Positions 12,290 through 24,564 of a stretch of DNA of 34,813 nucleotides are shown piece after piece. Origin of the DNA: Octopus bimaculoides. Lineage: Eukaryota. The translations under genes were made by a program, and so were the position numbers. The notes below the pieces were generated by a model. The model saw nothing but the letters and a program-made list of their open reading frames with translations, ran no database searches and was not told the DNA's origin. The stretch lies in the NCBI RefSeq assembly GCF_001194135.2, contig NC_068981.1:98929424-98964236 (forward strand). Reading direction: 5' to 3'. Position 1 is the first letter of the stretch; each line of letters opens with the position of its first letter.

Positions 12290-12620
12290 GTAGAATGGCA
12301 GTTCTTTTATTATAGAGTCAAAAGGAAAGGAGCGGCACCCATAGTCTTTACAGGCCTTTCAAGGTTAATGAAGTTTATACAGTTGAAAGTTAAATTGAGC
12401 TTCTATAGGCTAACACCTGTAGGGAAAAAGTGTTGCAGCTCCGAAGAGGAAATGTCAGGCGAAGAGTAGCAAACGGCTTTTTTGTGATGATGAGAGAAGG
12501 GAAGAAGTTTGCATTGTGTCGGATGAGGCGGATTAGTAAGTAGCCAGCTACATATATGGAGCAGGGACTGTTGTATTAGTTGTTCGAACGGTAGGTAGTC
12601 AGCCGAAAGATTAGGTGTGA
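12290..12620 (-). mobile_element. Highly decayed 3' end of an L2/CR1-group LINE
   Basis: Minus-strand pieces YNSPCS.. and ..HFFPTGVSL*K..NCINF resemble the YNGLCS..LWNSLP..VFP..NL..FK end expected for the family at 17285-18350. Confidence 0.45.
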
Positions 12621-12920
12621 CATACAGACCCGCTGTTCCGAATATACCATGTTTCTATCTAGATGAGAAACATATGAACGCTCCAAAACGATGTGATGAA
12701 TATGCAGTGCAGAATGGCAGTCTCTTATGCATTCTTTCTACTGTCCGTTCTATTTCTGTATGCTTGTTGTTGTTTAACCGCAAATTTGCTCTTACCGAGC
12801 TAACATAGGATCAAAGGCTTTCCGGCCATGATCATCCAGTCTTATTTTCAAACACAGGATATCAAGTACTACATTATCCAATCTCTCCTGTCCTTTTTTA
12901 GATGGTAGGGTGTGATCGTA

Positions 12921-13050
12921 TGGGTGCATGACATGGTTGTTAGGTTATTCGACTCACGATTGCAGGGTCGTCGATTCCATTCCCAAACGAATGGAAAGTT
13001 ATGTCCATGGGCAAAGTACTTCATTCCAAGTTGCTCCTTTCCTTTTAGCT
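12921..13050 (+). mobile_element. Decayed family C SINE head
   Basis: tggttgttaggttattcgactcacgattgcagggtcgtcgattccattccc..ttatgtccatgggcaaagtacttcattccaagttgctcc aligns by eye with 3948-4080. Confidence 0.6.
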
Positions 13051-13385
13051 AAAAATGTGTCGTATTTTGTACAGAACGGTGCTTCGCATGCTATTAGCCC
13101 CAAATCTTGTAAATACAAGATAACAATAGTGCTTGATGGCTACGATGCACAGGATGAAGAAAGAATGATTCGAAGTAGATTTGGCTATTGTTTCTACCAA
13201 GTCGCACAACTGCATGTAAGTTCCTTCGTTGCCATATCTGTATGTCCACATATTTTGTGTGCAGATTCTGGTGGTGACTACATCGAAATGATTAATGTGG
13301 ACTCACTCAGAACGTGACAGTTGCTGTTCCTTTGCATCTATTATTGTTGGTTTGCATCTTAACACAGTATTTGATGTATATGAAG

Positions 13386-13476
13386 CAACAGATATTTCTA
13401 CCAACAGATATTTCTATCAACAGATATTTCTATCAACAGATATTTCTACGTATACCGACGCAACAGATATTTTTAC
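13386..13476. repeat. 16-bp minisatellite (CAACAGATATTTCTAY) x4 plus one separated copy
   Basis: Four adjacent units at 13386-13449, an 11-bp spacer, and a fifth unit at 13461-13476. Confidence 0.95.
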
Positions 13477-13559
13477 GTATATGTGGGTTTTGTTGGTTTG
13501 TCTGACTTGACCGGAAAATGGTGCTTTTAGAATGCTGATGTAGTAGCTTTCGGGCTAGA

Positions 13560-13728
13560 TTCTGTCCGCATCAAATTCATTAATTTCTCTTCCCTTATTT
13601 CTCCCTTTTCATCTCTTTTACTTACTACGGATGCCCATTCCAACCAATAGAAAGATGTAATAGTGTTTCTCATCTCTAAGAGAAGGGACTACTCTGAAAT
13701 TGTCAACTATCAGCCTATCACTCTCATA
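13560..13728 (+). mobile_element. Short LINE reverse-transcriptase N-terminal fragment
   Basis: ..*KDVIVFLISKRRDYSEIVNYQPITL resembles the WK.A.V.PIPKKGD.S...NYRPISL motif. Confidence 0.6.
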
Positions 13729-13778
13729 ATAGCTCAAGAACAGTAAAAGTAATTAGTATAGCCTTCGTAGAACGAGAT

Positions 13779-13935
13779 AAGGAGCAGGAACTGTAAGAAG
13801 CTTGCTTCCTAACCACATGGTTCTCCGTTCAGTCCCAGTGCGTGGCACCTTGGGCAAGTGTCACCCACTATAGCTTCGGCCCGAGCAAAGACTTGTGAGT
13901 GGATTTGGTAGACGGAAACTGAAAGAAGTGCGTCG
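13779..13935 (+). mobile_element. Family A SINE 5' half followed by (TG)n
   Basis: taagaagcttgcttcctaaccacatggttctccgttcagtcccagtgcgtggcaccttgggcaagtg..gatttggtagacggaaactgaaagaag. Confidence 0.85.
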
Positions 13936-13951
13936 TATATATGTATATATA

Positions 13952-14030
<79 letters not shown>

Positions 14031-14135
14031 ATGTGTGTGTGTGTGTGTTATTATAATAAAATAAGGAGCAGTTGAAGACTGGGGTCGATGTAATCAACTT
14101 CCAGAAATTACTGGCCTTGTGTCAAAATTTTAAAC

Positions 14136-14187
<52 letters not shown>

Positions 14188-14189
14188 GT

Positions 14190-14987
14190 TTTCATTATCA
14201 TCTTCTTTCAATTCTGTTTACATTTCTTGCCGAGTGTCTTCTTGACACCTAGAGCAAGAAATGGTAAGCCATTAAAATAAACACACCAAATTGTCCATTT
14301 ATAAAAGTCATGTGATGGAAAAAAGGGGAAGAAAGACAGAGAGAAAAATACAAAATAAAATATAAAGAAGTAAACGAAGAAAATAAAGGGGAAAAAGGGA
14401 ATGAAAATTCACAGCTACAATGCTCTTCTCAATACGTGTGACGTGCCAGTTAAGGCAATCTTTTGCACTTCCTGTATGGATGGTAAGCCAGGGATCATTC
14501 TTAAATAATTTTCAGTTCCTTTTTTGATCATTCCAAGTGCTCCTACAATCACTGATATTGTAACTGTCTTGAGATGCCACATCTTTTCGATTTCGATGAG
14601 CAAATCTTTATATTTTCTGAGTTTATTAAATTCTTTTGCCGAGATATTATGGTCACAAGGTATGTTCAAGTCAATCAATAAACAGACTCTATTGTTTTGG
14701 TCTTTCACAACAATATCTGGTTAATTTGCTTTGATGGTCCAGTCTATACATACTGGGAAGTCCCAAAGAATAGTTACATTTTCTCCCTCAGTTACAGCCT
14801 CATGGTGGTGTTTGTACTACTTGTCGGCAGTTTTATTTTCATAATGCCAACACATTATCCAGTGTAGATATTGGCCAACTCTGTCATGTCTTGATTTGTA
14901 TTCTACAGATGCTAAAATCTTCCATCCAGAGAATAGGTGGTCCACTGTTTCGATCCCATCGGCACTTTGTATCTACACCATTTTTCA
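14190..14987 (-). mobile_element. 3' part of an R4/Dong-like REL-endonuclease LINE (degenerate CCHC knuckle, endonuclease, 3' UTR, (TAA)n tail)
   Basis: KCR../ETVDHLFSGWKILASVEYKSRHDRVGQYLHW..VTILWDF..KAN*PDIVVKDQNNRVCLLIDLNIPCDHNISAKEFNKLRKYKDLLIEIEKMWHLKTVTISVIVGALG..LQ-like EVQKIALTGTSHVLRRAL* (stop at 14415). 3' UTR, then (AAT)n at 14137-14188. The 5' side enters an N gap. Confidence 0.9.
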
Positions 14988-15713
14988 NNNNNNNNNNNNN
15001 NNNNNNNNNNNNNNNNNNNNNNNNNNNNNNNNNNNNNNNNNNNNNNNNNNNNNNNNNNNNNNNNNNNNNNNNNNNNNNNNNNNNNNNNNNNNNNNNNNNN
15101 NNNNNNNNNNNNNNNNNNNNNNNNNNNNNNNNNNNNNNNNNNNNNNNNNNNNNNNNNNNNNNNNNNNNNNNNNNNNNNNNNNNNNNNNNNNNNNNNNNNN
15201 NNNNNNNNNNNNNNNNNNNNNNNNNNNNNNNNNNNNNNNNNNNNNNNNNNNNNNNNNNNNNNNNNNNNNNNNNNNNNNNNNNNNNNNNNNNNNNNNNNNN
15301 NNNNNNNNNNNNNNNNNNNNNNNNNNNNNNNNNNNNNNNNNNNNNNNNNNNNNNNNNNNNNNNNNNNNNNNNNNNNNNNNNNNNNNNNNNNNNNNNNNNN
15401 NNNNNNNNNNNNNNNNNNNNNNNNNNNNNNNNNNNNNNNNNNNNNNNNNNNNNNNNNNNNNNNNNNNNNNNNNNNNNNNNNNNNNNNNNNNNNNNNNNNN
15501 NNNNNNNNTCTCTGTCTCACACTTATTCTCCCACTCACTCTTTCACACATTCTCTTTCACAAACACACACTCTCTCTCCCTCTCTCTTTATCTCTTTCTC
15601 TCTCTTTATCTCTCTCTCTCTCTTTATCTCTCTCTCTCTCTCTTTATCTCTCTCTCTCTCTCACACACACACATGATTTTGATAGTAAGCAATAAATAAA
15701 TAAATAAATTGGA

Positions 15714-15872
15714 TGCGCAGGCGTGGCTGTTGGTAAGAAGCTTGCTTCCTAACCATGTGGTTCTAGGTTCAGTCCTGGAACTGCGTGGCATATTGGGCAA
15801 TTGTCTTCTACCATAGTCTCGGGCTTGTGATTGGATTTGGTGGACGGAAACTGAAAAAGGTCCGACGTATAT
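15714..15872 (+). mobile_element. Family A SINE 5' half
   Basis: gcgcaggcgtggctgttggtaagaagcttgcttcctaaccatgtggttctaggttcagtcc..gatttggtggacggaaactgaaa. Confidence 0.85.
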
Positions 15873-15993
15873 ACATGCACAATTGTCACTAAATGTGACT
15901 AGAGTGCTAAAAAACACCTACATTGCTAGAAATAAGAGCTAAAATGGTCTAATGCTGTAGTTAACATACATGAAAGAAAACATATACACTAAC

Positions 15994-16490
15994 AGGTGCA
16001 GGGGTGGCTGTGTGGTAGGTAGCTTTCTTACCAACCACATGGTTCCGGGTTCAATCCTACTGCAAGTGTCTTCTACTATAACCTCGAGCCGACCAAAGCC
16101 TTGTGAGTGGATTTGGTAGACGGAAACTGCAAGAAACGTGACGTATATATATACACACACACATATACATATATGTGTGTGTGTGTGAGTGTGTGTGTGT
16201 GTGTGTGTTTGTGTGTCTGTGTTTGTCCCCCCACCATCGCTTGACAACCGATGTTGGTGTNNNNNNNNNNTGTGTGTGTGTGTGTGTGTTTGTGTGTCTG
16301 TGTTTGTCCCCCCACCATCGCTTGACAACCGATGTTGGTGTGTTTAGGTTCCCGTAACTTAGCGGTACAGCAAAAGAACCGATAGAATAAGTACTAGGCT
16401 TACAAAAAATAAGCCCTGGGGTCGATTTGTTCGACTAAAGGCGGTGCTCCAGCATGGCCGCAGTCAAATGACTGAAGTAAGTAAAATAAT
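15994..16490 (+). mobile_element. Near full-length tRNA-derived SINE (family A) with internal (TA/TG)n microsatellite
   Basis: Head ggtgcaggggtggctgtgtggtagg..aaccacatggttccgggttcaatcc; body gccgaccaaagccttgtgagtggatttggtagacggaaactg; internal microsatellite; tail ggggtcgatttgttcgactaaaggcggtgctccagcatggccgcagtcaaatgactgaa. Confidence 0.9.
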
Positions 16491-16840
16491 AATATATAAA
16501 TATATATATATACATATATATANNNNNNNNNNNNNNNNNNNNNNNNNNNNNNNNNNNNNNNNNNNNNNNNNNNNNNNNNNNNNNNNNNNNNNNNNNNNNN
16601 NNNNNNNNNNNNNNNNNNNNNNNNNNNNNNNNNNNNNNNNNNNNNNNNNNNNNNNNNNNNNNNNNNNNNNNNNNNNNNNNNNNNNNNNNNNNNNNNNNNN
16701 NNNNNNNNNNNNNNNNNNNNNNNNNNNNNNNNNNNNNNNNNNNNNNNNNNNNNNNNNNNNNNNNNNNNNNNNNNNNNNNNNNNNNNNNNNNNNNNNNNNN
16801 NNNNNNNNNNNNNNNNNNNNNNNNNNNNNNNNNNNNNNNN

Positions 16841-17055
16841 GTGTGTGTGTGTGTGTGTGCGTCTTTGTATTTGTGTTTGTCCACCACCACCGCTTGACGA
16901 CCGGTGCCGGTGTATTTACGTCCGATAGAATAAGTACCAGGCTTAAGAAAAGGAAAATAAGAACTGAGGTCTGTTCATTCAACGACAACATTCTTGTAGG
17001 GGGTGCTCCAGCATGGCTGCACTCTAATGACTGAAACAAGTAAAAAAAAAAAAAG
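16841..17055 (+). mobile_element. Family A SINE 3' half (separate copy)
   Basis: ccaccaccgcttgacgaccggtgccggtgtatttacg..ggtgctccagcatggctgcactctaatgactgaaacaagtaaaaa; diverged from the 16271-16490 copy. Confidence 0.8.
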
Positions 17056-17284
17056 GTAGCCGTCTAACTCAGGATCAGACTTTTACTTATCGACAAACTA
17101 CAAACCGACGTGGAAGGCCTGTGGACTCTTTGCAGACTTACATCACCATCTTTATATATTCAGAAAATTACTCATCATGACTGAGAAATATATCCACTGA
17201 ATTGTCATGAGTTTTAGGCGGGATAAAACCGTTTCACATTTCATCAATCACATGCAGCCAATCGTAATTCGTTCTCGTATACAG

Positions 17285-18350
17285 ATCTAGTGTGTTAACA
17301 GCATTAGGGAACGTTGGAGTAGAGTACAAAGGCCATTAAACAACCCCTTTGGTCATGGATGACCATGGAATTGCCCCTAGAAAGTTACCCTCCAAGACAC
17401 AAGCCGGGGCAAGGTTGTTCATGGAAGACAAGCAATCGCTCATGTATACTAGCTCATGTATACTAGCCTCCCCTCTCCACGCCACCAATGTTATCCAAGA
17501 GAAGGAAGATACAGCTTGGCACCTGTGATGTCGCAACTCATTTCTACAGCTGAGCGAACTGGAGCAACGTGAAATAAAGTGTCTTGCTCAAGAACACAGC
17601 ACTCAGCTCGGTCCTGCAAGCGAACTCATTACCTCATGATTGTGAGCCAGATGCTCTAACTACTAAGCCATGCGCCTTCACAAAGGCTACTATAATAGTG
17701 ATATAGAAACAAAGAGAGGAGATAATGCGTCTGTGGGCCAAAGGCAAGAGCGTGGATTTTCGACCAATTAGACTGGTAAATTTTTTTCTGAGTCCAGTTT
17801 AGTATGTCAATGTACAGCAGCACTGCCCCAGATTTTAGAGCAGTACTATATTGTGGGCTGCACCTGAGCTTTATAGAATATTTGTAAGCGATGAATTGCA
17901 TTCTGGCTCTGAAGATGTGGTTCTTGCTGTGTCAAAGATCTGTTGTGAGTGAAGCCCAATAATTGGAGCAATTTGTGAGGGTTCTAGCTGCGTGCTTCAA
18001 AGGATGAAGTAGGGTGTGACGTTTTCTTGATATCAGTAGCGTTAGTGTTTCCTTGCTTTTGAAAGAGACAAGATTAGAATATCCCCAGTGGAGGATACTT
18101 TCAGTATCACTGTTTTCAGTTGGTGTGTGGGTTTGGCGTCTGGCATCTGGCGTATGGCATGTAGGTTGTGAATGGATGGTGCATGGACGGGGAATGACAG
18201 GGAGGAAGTGTTACCTGTGTAAGAGTGAGTGTTAATGGATGTGGCAGCAAGTAAGTCATTGACGTGTACAAGGAAAAGGATGAAGGGAAAAGCCAACCGT
18301 TGGGTACGCCGGCGTTGATAGAATGAGGGATAAAAAAAAAAGAGCTCCGT
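17285..18350 (-). mobile_element. Degraded L2/CR1-group LINE ORF2 (RT domains 4-7 and C-terminus), split by a SINE insertion
   Basis: HSINAGVPNG/..ILFLVHVNDLLAATSINTHSYTGNTS (decayed GVPQG and YADD), DTESILHWGYSNLVSFKSKETLTLLISRKR, LIGRKSTLLPLAHRRIISSLC/YHYYSSLC. The frame resumes after the SINE with (N)GLC..SLM..LTH. Confidence 0.85.
17339..17679 (-). mobile_element. tRNA-derived SINE (family C) inserted in the LINE, 13-bp TSD
   Basis: Minus head gaaggcgcatggcttagtagttagagcatctggctcacaatcatgagg and the same central block as 3948-4213. Flanks ACAAAGGCCATTA (17326-17338) and ACAAAGGCTACTA (17680-17692). Internal 14-bp tandem duplication ctcatgtatactag. Confidence 0.88.
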
Positions 18351-19950
18351 CTGTACACATTTGAACGGAGCGATCAGATAGGAAGACAGAATGCAGTGGT
18401 ACTGGCAGAATACGAAGTACTAATCTCTCATCCATTTTTTTAATTCCCCCCTCTCTCTCTCTCACGCAAACACACACGCACAAACATTTATATACACATC
18501 CAAGAAAATACATTGAATGGCTACAAACTTGCACGTATAAACACGTGCATATGCACATGCATTCACATGCACACATATGTATACGCATGCATATGCATGG
18601 ATATACGGATATCCATACACACATCTACACGTTTACAGACAGGCACAAATATTCACACAGACATATATATAAGTAAAGGCATACGCAAGTACAGATATAT
18701 GAATCTCACATGTACACACACATCAATACATGCGTACAAAAGTGCACATGCACACACATACACGCGGGCACGAGTATATTTGTGTATACACACACTCACA
18801 AACATATATAAACACACCCACACGCTCGCGCACTCATGAAAAAAAACTAGGCTTTGGGTCATATTTTAATGAAACCAATTGAATAATTCTGAAGTATTCA
18901 CTTGAATAAGTTTGTATTATGGCGGTGTGGTGATGGTGATAACTTTGGAGGTGAGACGATGAAGGTGATGCTACGGGTTTATATAGTAGCGATGTTACAG
19001 GTGAAGAAGCAGGAGGAAGGTGTGGTGATGGTGGTGGTGGTAGTAGTAGCAGAGTTGATAAGAGTAGAGAATGAGATGAGAGTAGGAGGAGACATAAGAG
19101 AAAGAAGAGTGAGAAGAGAGTGTTAGATAAAGAAAGAGAATGAGATTGGAGAAGGAGAGTTACTAGCAGAAGCACAAAGATGGGGCAAACATGGCGAGAT
19201 GGAACAAATGGAAAAGACGAAGAAAGAGATGATATAGAGAAAAAGCAGAGAGGAAAGAAAATGCAAAATGCTATAAATTCATGTAGATAAGAGAAAAATG
19301 AACAATGTACATACATAGATACACACATGCATACATACATACACACACACATACATACATACATGCATGCATGCATGCATACATACATACATACATACAT
19401 CATCGAATTGTTATCTAACACTCCGTTGACTTACACACACACACACACATTTATACATGCATGCATACAAACGCATATGCACACGTACATACATACATAC
19501 ATACATAATACATACTTGCATGCATATATGCATGAATACATACATGCGTAAATGCTCTAGGCTAGCTCCCATATGTGAATTTCCTGCTCTAGACATAAGA
19601 ACACATCTGCACATGCTGATGGAATGCATGAACACGCAAACACTTGTAAACTAAAGAAGCAAAAGTGTGAAGCATAGGCTCTTGTATACTCAAGATAAAT
19701 ACATATCCATAACACAAATACGAATTATCGATGAGCAAAACCATGCATATATAGACTCACCAACCGATTCAGACAACCACAAACCCTCAAGATTTGTCTT
19801 AACTGAAACAACTGAAACATTGGTTAGTGGCCAATGTGAATCCTCCAAACGAAAGAATCTAAATAAATCCAAACGAAAATACACACACACATACACACAC
19901 ACGCGCGCGCGCACGCGCACGCATACACACATTCGTTTCTCTCTCTTCCC

Positions 19951-19996
<46 letters not shown>

Positions 19997-20224
19997 AGTC
20001 TATCTCTCTATGCATACACACACACACACGCTTACACACACACACACACACAAATACGTACACAGCATGCACATACACTCACGAGCAAGCATACAGGTTC
20101 AAAAGAAAGTGAAAATAGTACTCAAATACCAAAGTTAGATTAAAATATGGTGCGACGATCGTGTGTGTGTGTGTGTTTACATACCGAATTTTGTCCATTT
20201 TCAAGAAAAGTCGCCACTAGTTAC

Positions 20225-20330
20225 TTTTGAAGTCTTCTTTGAACAGTCAGTTTACCTGGGAAGAAACATTGCAGTTACTGATAAGAAAATTTGAAATTAA
20301 TGCGTGCAAGATTTCACAGCTCTAACCTGA
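20225..20330 (+). mobile_element. Possible tiny RTE-type RT remnant
   Basis: FEQSVYLGRNIAVTDKKI resembles the F.YLGS.I...EKD motif; very short. Confidence 0.35.
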
Positions 20331-20394
20331 CACTTCATAGTCAGAATAAAAAAAATTTCACCCCACACCCATAGATGTGTATTTTCATTCTTAT

Positions 20395-20515
20395 ATTCTT
20401 TTACTCGTTTTTGTCATTGGACTACGCTCTTGTTGAGGTACCGCCTTAAAGAGTAATTTGGTCGATGAAATTCACTTTGATACATATTTTTAAAGTTTGT
20501 TCTTATTCTGTCGGT
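20395..20515 (-). mobile_element. Decayed family A SINE 3' end
   Basis: tcttttactcgtttttgtcattggactacgctcttgttgaggtaccgccttaaag..tcttattctgtcggt. Confidence 0.6.
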
Positions 20516-21010
20516 GTCTAAACAAATGACCACGGTTGTTTATCAATCTGTTTGTCTATCTAACTTTCTGCCTGTTTGTCTGTTTACCTATCTGTTTGTT
20601 TGTCCGTCTGTCCGTCTGTCCGTCTGTCCGTTGTTTATGTGGCCACGTAAACGTTTATTATCTACCTGTCAGTCTATTTGTAAGTCTATATATCTACAAA
20701 CGTTTAACGTATGTCTATCTATCTGTCTGTCTCTCTCTATATATATCCACATCTATCTCTCTATGTTTGACAGTCTATCTATTATTCAGTATGTTAGTCT
20801 GTATTCCTGTGTATTTGTATATATGTGTGTGTTGTGGGGTTGGGTATTAGGAAATGTGTATTAAGTTTGGTGAAAACTTCAAACTAACAGTAATTGATAA
20901 GAATTAATGACAAAGATTTTAAAGACATTATGGATAAAACATTGAGAAATAAAATAATCGTCGAAATTCTACGGTTATTTTGGAAAGTGTAAAACTTTTG
21001 AAGGTTTATA

Positions 21011-21229
21011 ATTTCTACTCTAGGAACAAGGACTTGAAAAGTTTGGAGGAATGGGGCTAGCCGATTACATAGACCCAGTGAATAACTGGTACTTATTTAA
21101 TCGCCCCCGAAAGGATGAAAGGCAAAGTCGACCTCGGCAGAATTTGAACTTAGAACGTAACGGCAGACAAAATACCGTTAAGCATTTCTCCCGGCGAGCT
21201 AACGATTCTGCTAGCTAGCTGCCTTACTC
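21011..21229 (-). mobile_element. Family B SINE with 13-bp TSD
   Basis: Minus head gagtaaggcagctagctagcagaatcgttagctcgccggg..ctgccgaggtcgactttgcctttcatcctttcggggg. Flanked by TTGAAGGTTTATA at 20998-21010 and 21230-21242. Confidence 0.9.
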
Positions 21230-22118
21230 TTGAAGGTTTATAGAGAACCATGAAATACATAGTTTTCTTTTGAAATTGTATTTTTTTCTGAAGTGGTTAA
21301 TTCTTGAAGATAATGTAAAGTCCAGGTAGGTGTTAATGGAGGTTCTGTGTTTGACGTTAACATCACTTATAAACTATATTCTTTATTATACACTAGTCAA
21401 AACCTCTTCCCCGAGTGTTGTTAGCTAATAATTATATATTTTTGTCAAGAAATGAACGTGCTTTAGAAAAAGCTATCTAGAGTTCATACAACTTGTTCTT
21501 GAGAAAATACTGGTTCACAAAGAAATAATGCAACTTTCTTGAGTGTTTGTCCTTGAGGAATATTATTAGCTATGGAAACCGATCTCTTTCTCTAAAACAA
21601 AAGGTAAAGTGGCATCACTTGGATAGAGTTTGATCCATGGGATTAAACCTTTAATCCTACTCGCACATTACTAATCAACTCTTCTATGCAGATGCCATGT
21701 AGATTAATTCATTGTTATTTCCTTACATAATCCTTACTGGATGGATATATTCAGAACATAATTATTGCTCTAAACCTTTAAATTTAATTTATGAGTCGGT
21801 ATTTACTACAGATAACACTGTCTCCTGTTTCTTTTTAATTTATGTTGAAACACCTTTCACAGATTCGTATTCTAAATTGACATCGAATTTGGAATCTTAA
21901 GAATCTCTAAAATTTCCCCCGTATCTCTTAATTCGTTCTTTTGCTGATCTTCTTTGCTTTTCCTTTGGGACTAAATATGTTATTAAAATTATTGAAATTT
22001 CTTGAAAGAATTACGTATATGATAAACGTTTTAATCAACTTAAAATAGGGAACAGTACCACTCCGTTGTCATAACAAATCTTAATACGAAACTGATAGGC
22101 GCAAGAGTAGCTGTTGCT

Positions 22119-22363
22119 GAGTATTTATGGTGCATTTTAGAAAAGCAAGTAAGGAGTCGATATCCTCCACCATCACTACAAGAACTGGGGACTGTTTTAG
22201 CTGAAGAATGGACAAAAATTCCTTTGGAAACAATTCAAACTTTGTATGAGTTCATACCTCGTGGAATTCAAGCTGTAATTACTACCAAAGGTGGTCCTAC
22301 CCTATATTAGAATAAATTTGTTTGAAATTTTAAGGTTCTTTCCATTATTTTGTCCAACCCCTG
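22119..22363 (+). mobile_element. 3' end of a Tc1-family transposon: transposase C-terminus, right TIR and TA
   Basis: Uninterrupted 63-aa frame EYLWCILEKQVRSRYPPPSLQELGTVLAEEWTKIPLETIQTLYEFIPRGIQAVITTKGGPTLY* (22119-22310). TIR-like ccattattttgtccaacccctg ends at 22363 and is followed by TA. Confidence 0.9.
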
Positions 22364-22371
22364 TATATATA

Positions 22372-22725
22372 TTACTGTACCACTGTACCAAACAGATGAC
22401 CAGATGTTGTCGTACGCCGTTGGCCACAATGCGGTTTAAATTCTTGATTGCCCCATTCTTTTCCACTTTGTCCCAAATCACTTAGCTAAATCGTGTGTAC
22501 CGATCGTCGTAGAGGCCTTCTTTGTGGCTTTTTCCGATCTCTTGGATATCGCTCAGCAACAGCACGGGAACTAATGTTGTGTGTGAATCTTGCGACATGT
22601 CCGGCCCAGCGGAACTTGTATTTACGATATTCTGCGATCACACCGCTCACTCTACTCTGTTCTCGAATTATCGCATTTCGAATATGCTTTCATAAGGGTA
22701 TTCCTAGCATGTATTTTATATAAAC
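22372..22725 (-). mobile_element. 3' end of an RTE-clade LINE
   Basis: MLGIPL*KHIRNAIIREQSRVSGVIAEYRKYKFRWAGHVARFTHNISSRAVAERYPRDRKKPQRRPLRR (RWAGHVAR motif); ends in a short tandem tail (tggtacag)x2. Confidence 0.88.
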
Positions 22726-22727
22726 AT

Positions 22728-23580
22728 ATTTAATAATGCTGCCTCCTGTATAACAATGTCCTCAAAGCTAGTGGATTTAAAGAGGAAATAGGTTATATAC
22801 ACCCATACTATTAGACCAGAAATAAAGAAAAGGAAACATAGACACAGGAAAATTATCTGGTTCACCCCCACCCTTATTCCCTCGAAGTGACTTTTAATAT
22901 ATTTAAATATTTCTTGTCACTTATAGATAGACATTTTCCAATACATCACAAATATAGAAAACTCTTTAATAGGTATAACCTAAAAACTAGTTTTAGTTAA
23001 ACCCCAAATTTTAAAAACACAATCACGCACAATACAGCACAACACCACGAAGCCAGCTGTTCCTGCAGGGATAAAGACATGTGCCCACTAAATAAAGCTT
23101 GTATGACCGAGGCCATAATTTATGAAGCTACTGTAAATTCCACCAACGCTAATAATACAGTTTCATCCAAGAGATATGTGGGTTCCACAGAGAGATATTT
23201 CAAAGCAAGATTTAACAATCACACCTTAAGCTTCAGACACTAGAACAAAGGAAAGACTACTAAATTATCCAGTGATGTATGGTTCTTAGAAGAACAAGGT
23301 GTCAACTACAGTATTTATTGGAAGATCTTAACCAAGTGTAAACCTTATACCAATGGTAGTGGTAAGTGTGGTCTTTGTAATATGGAAAGATAGCTCACCT
23401 GGAAAAGTTTCTTAGACCCCGCTACATGTTTAAATTCAATAACTTAACTCTTTCGATCATGTCTACATGTCCCAAAATACCTATAACGGTTTTGGCCCCC
23501 CCCCCTCAGGATCACAGCTAGAGTCCACATTTCTACTATGTCCCTGCACAAACTTTCCCACACGTTTTAACACCAATAAA
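22728..23580 (+). mobile_element. Penelope-like element 3' fragment (Neptune-type linker plus GIY-YIG endonuclease)
   Basis: FNNAA/YNNVLKASGFKEEI..RHRKIIWFTP/PYS..FKYFLSLIDRHFP..KLFNRYNLKTSFS*TPNF..SCSCRDKDMCPLNKACMTEAIIYEATV..KRYVGSTERYFKARFNNHTLSFRH*..LSSDVW..WKILTKCKPYTNGSGKCGLCNMER*..CLNS..LFRSCLH..YL* (stop 23484-23486). AATAAA at 23575-23580. Confidence 0.9.
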
Positions 23581-23942
23581 ATTTAAATTTTTATTTTTGT
23601 TTTTATATATATTTCCTTGTTTTCCATTTTCCTTTTCATGTGTGTGTATGTGTTTGTATGTCTATGTATGTATGTATATTATATGTATATGTGTGTGTGT
23701 TTATGCATGCCTATGAGTGTAAGACAGTGTCCGGTGCATATGTGCGATTTTCATGTGCACATGCCCCCTTCACCTATATGGATATGCATATGTTTGTACA
23801 TGTGCGGGTGTATGTGTGTGATGGGAGGGCGTATATATGTGTATATAGGTATATTTATACGTATAAATATATGTCTAAATATATATGTATTCTGTTATGT
23901 GTATGCTTGTAAGCACCTATGTGTATATGAGGATGAGGTTGA

Positions 23943-23985
<43 letters not shown>

Positions 23986-24564
23986 TGTGTGGGTGTGTGT
24001 GCAGGTATGTGTGTATGCATGAGCACGTACATACATATATGTTTGCGCGTGTGCGTGCATGCACGTATACATGTTTGTGCACGTGTATACGTATGTAGAC
24101 GTTGTGAACGCAGGTGGTTTATGTCAATGTATGTTATTTTTCGTGAGAATATGGCTGCGTGTATATTATGTATATATTTTTTGAATACATTTTTATCATA
24201 TTCTTATCTTTTTTCTTTTTCCATCTGAGTTACTTCCCTTATATTTAACAGTTTTTCGTAGCATCTGTTGCCATTAAAAGTCGACGAGAATGTATCGTAG
24301 CTTTTCGCTCCGACTTTCGAAACTCTGAGTACTATAATGACAACCGTTTACTGTTTGCTGTAATTTATAACATGTAAAATAATCTATTTCTACAAATATC
24401 GAGGTCTCATTCTTTTGTTGTTATACATATCATTATCATGTTTCTTTTTCTTCTTTCTTCAAATTTTCTTCCATTTCTCGCCGAAGGCGTTTTCTGTACA
24501 CCTAGGGCAGAGAGAAGCTCATTGTATGCATTCCCAGTTTACACACGCAAATTCACAGGTAAAA

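Noticed and set aside
13386-13476. CRISPR-like array
   Set aside because: Units are directly adjacent with no unique spacers, the context is eukaryotic, and there are no cas genes; the same applies to the 12-bp repeat at 24719-24762.
16201-16341. About 60-bp direct repeat on both sides of a 10-N gap
   Set aside because: Identical sequence flanking a minimal gap is the signature of an unmerged contig overlap, not a real duplication.
18834-19421. 195-aa hydrophobic ORF
   Set aside because: Antisense translation of purine-rich low-complexity DNA and (CATA)n; no recognisable domain.
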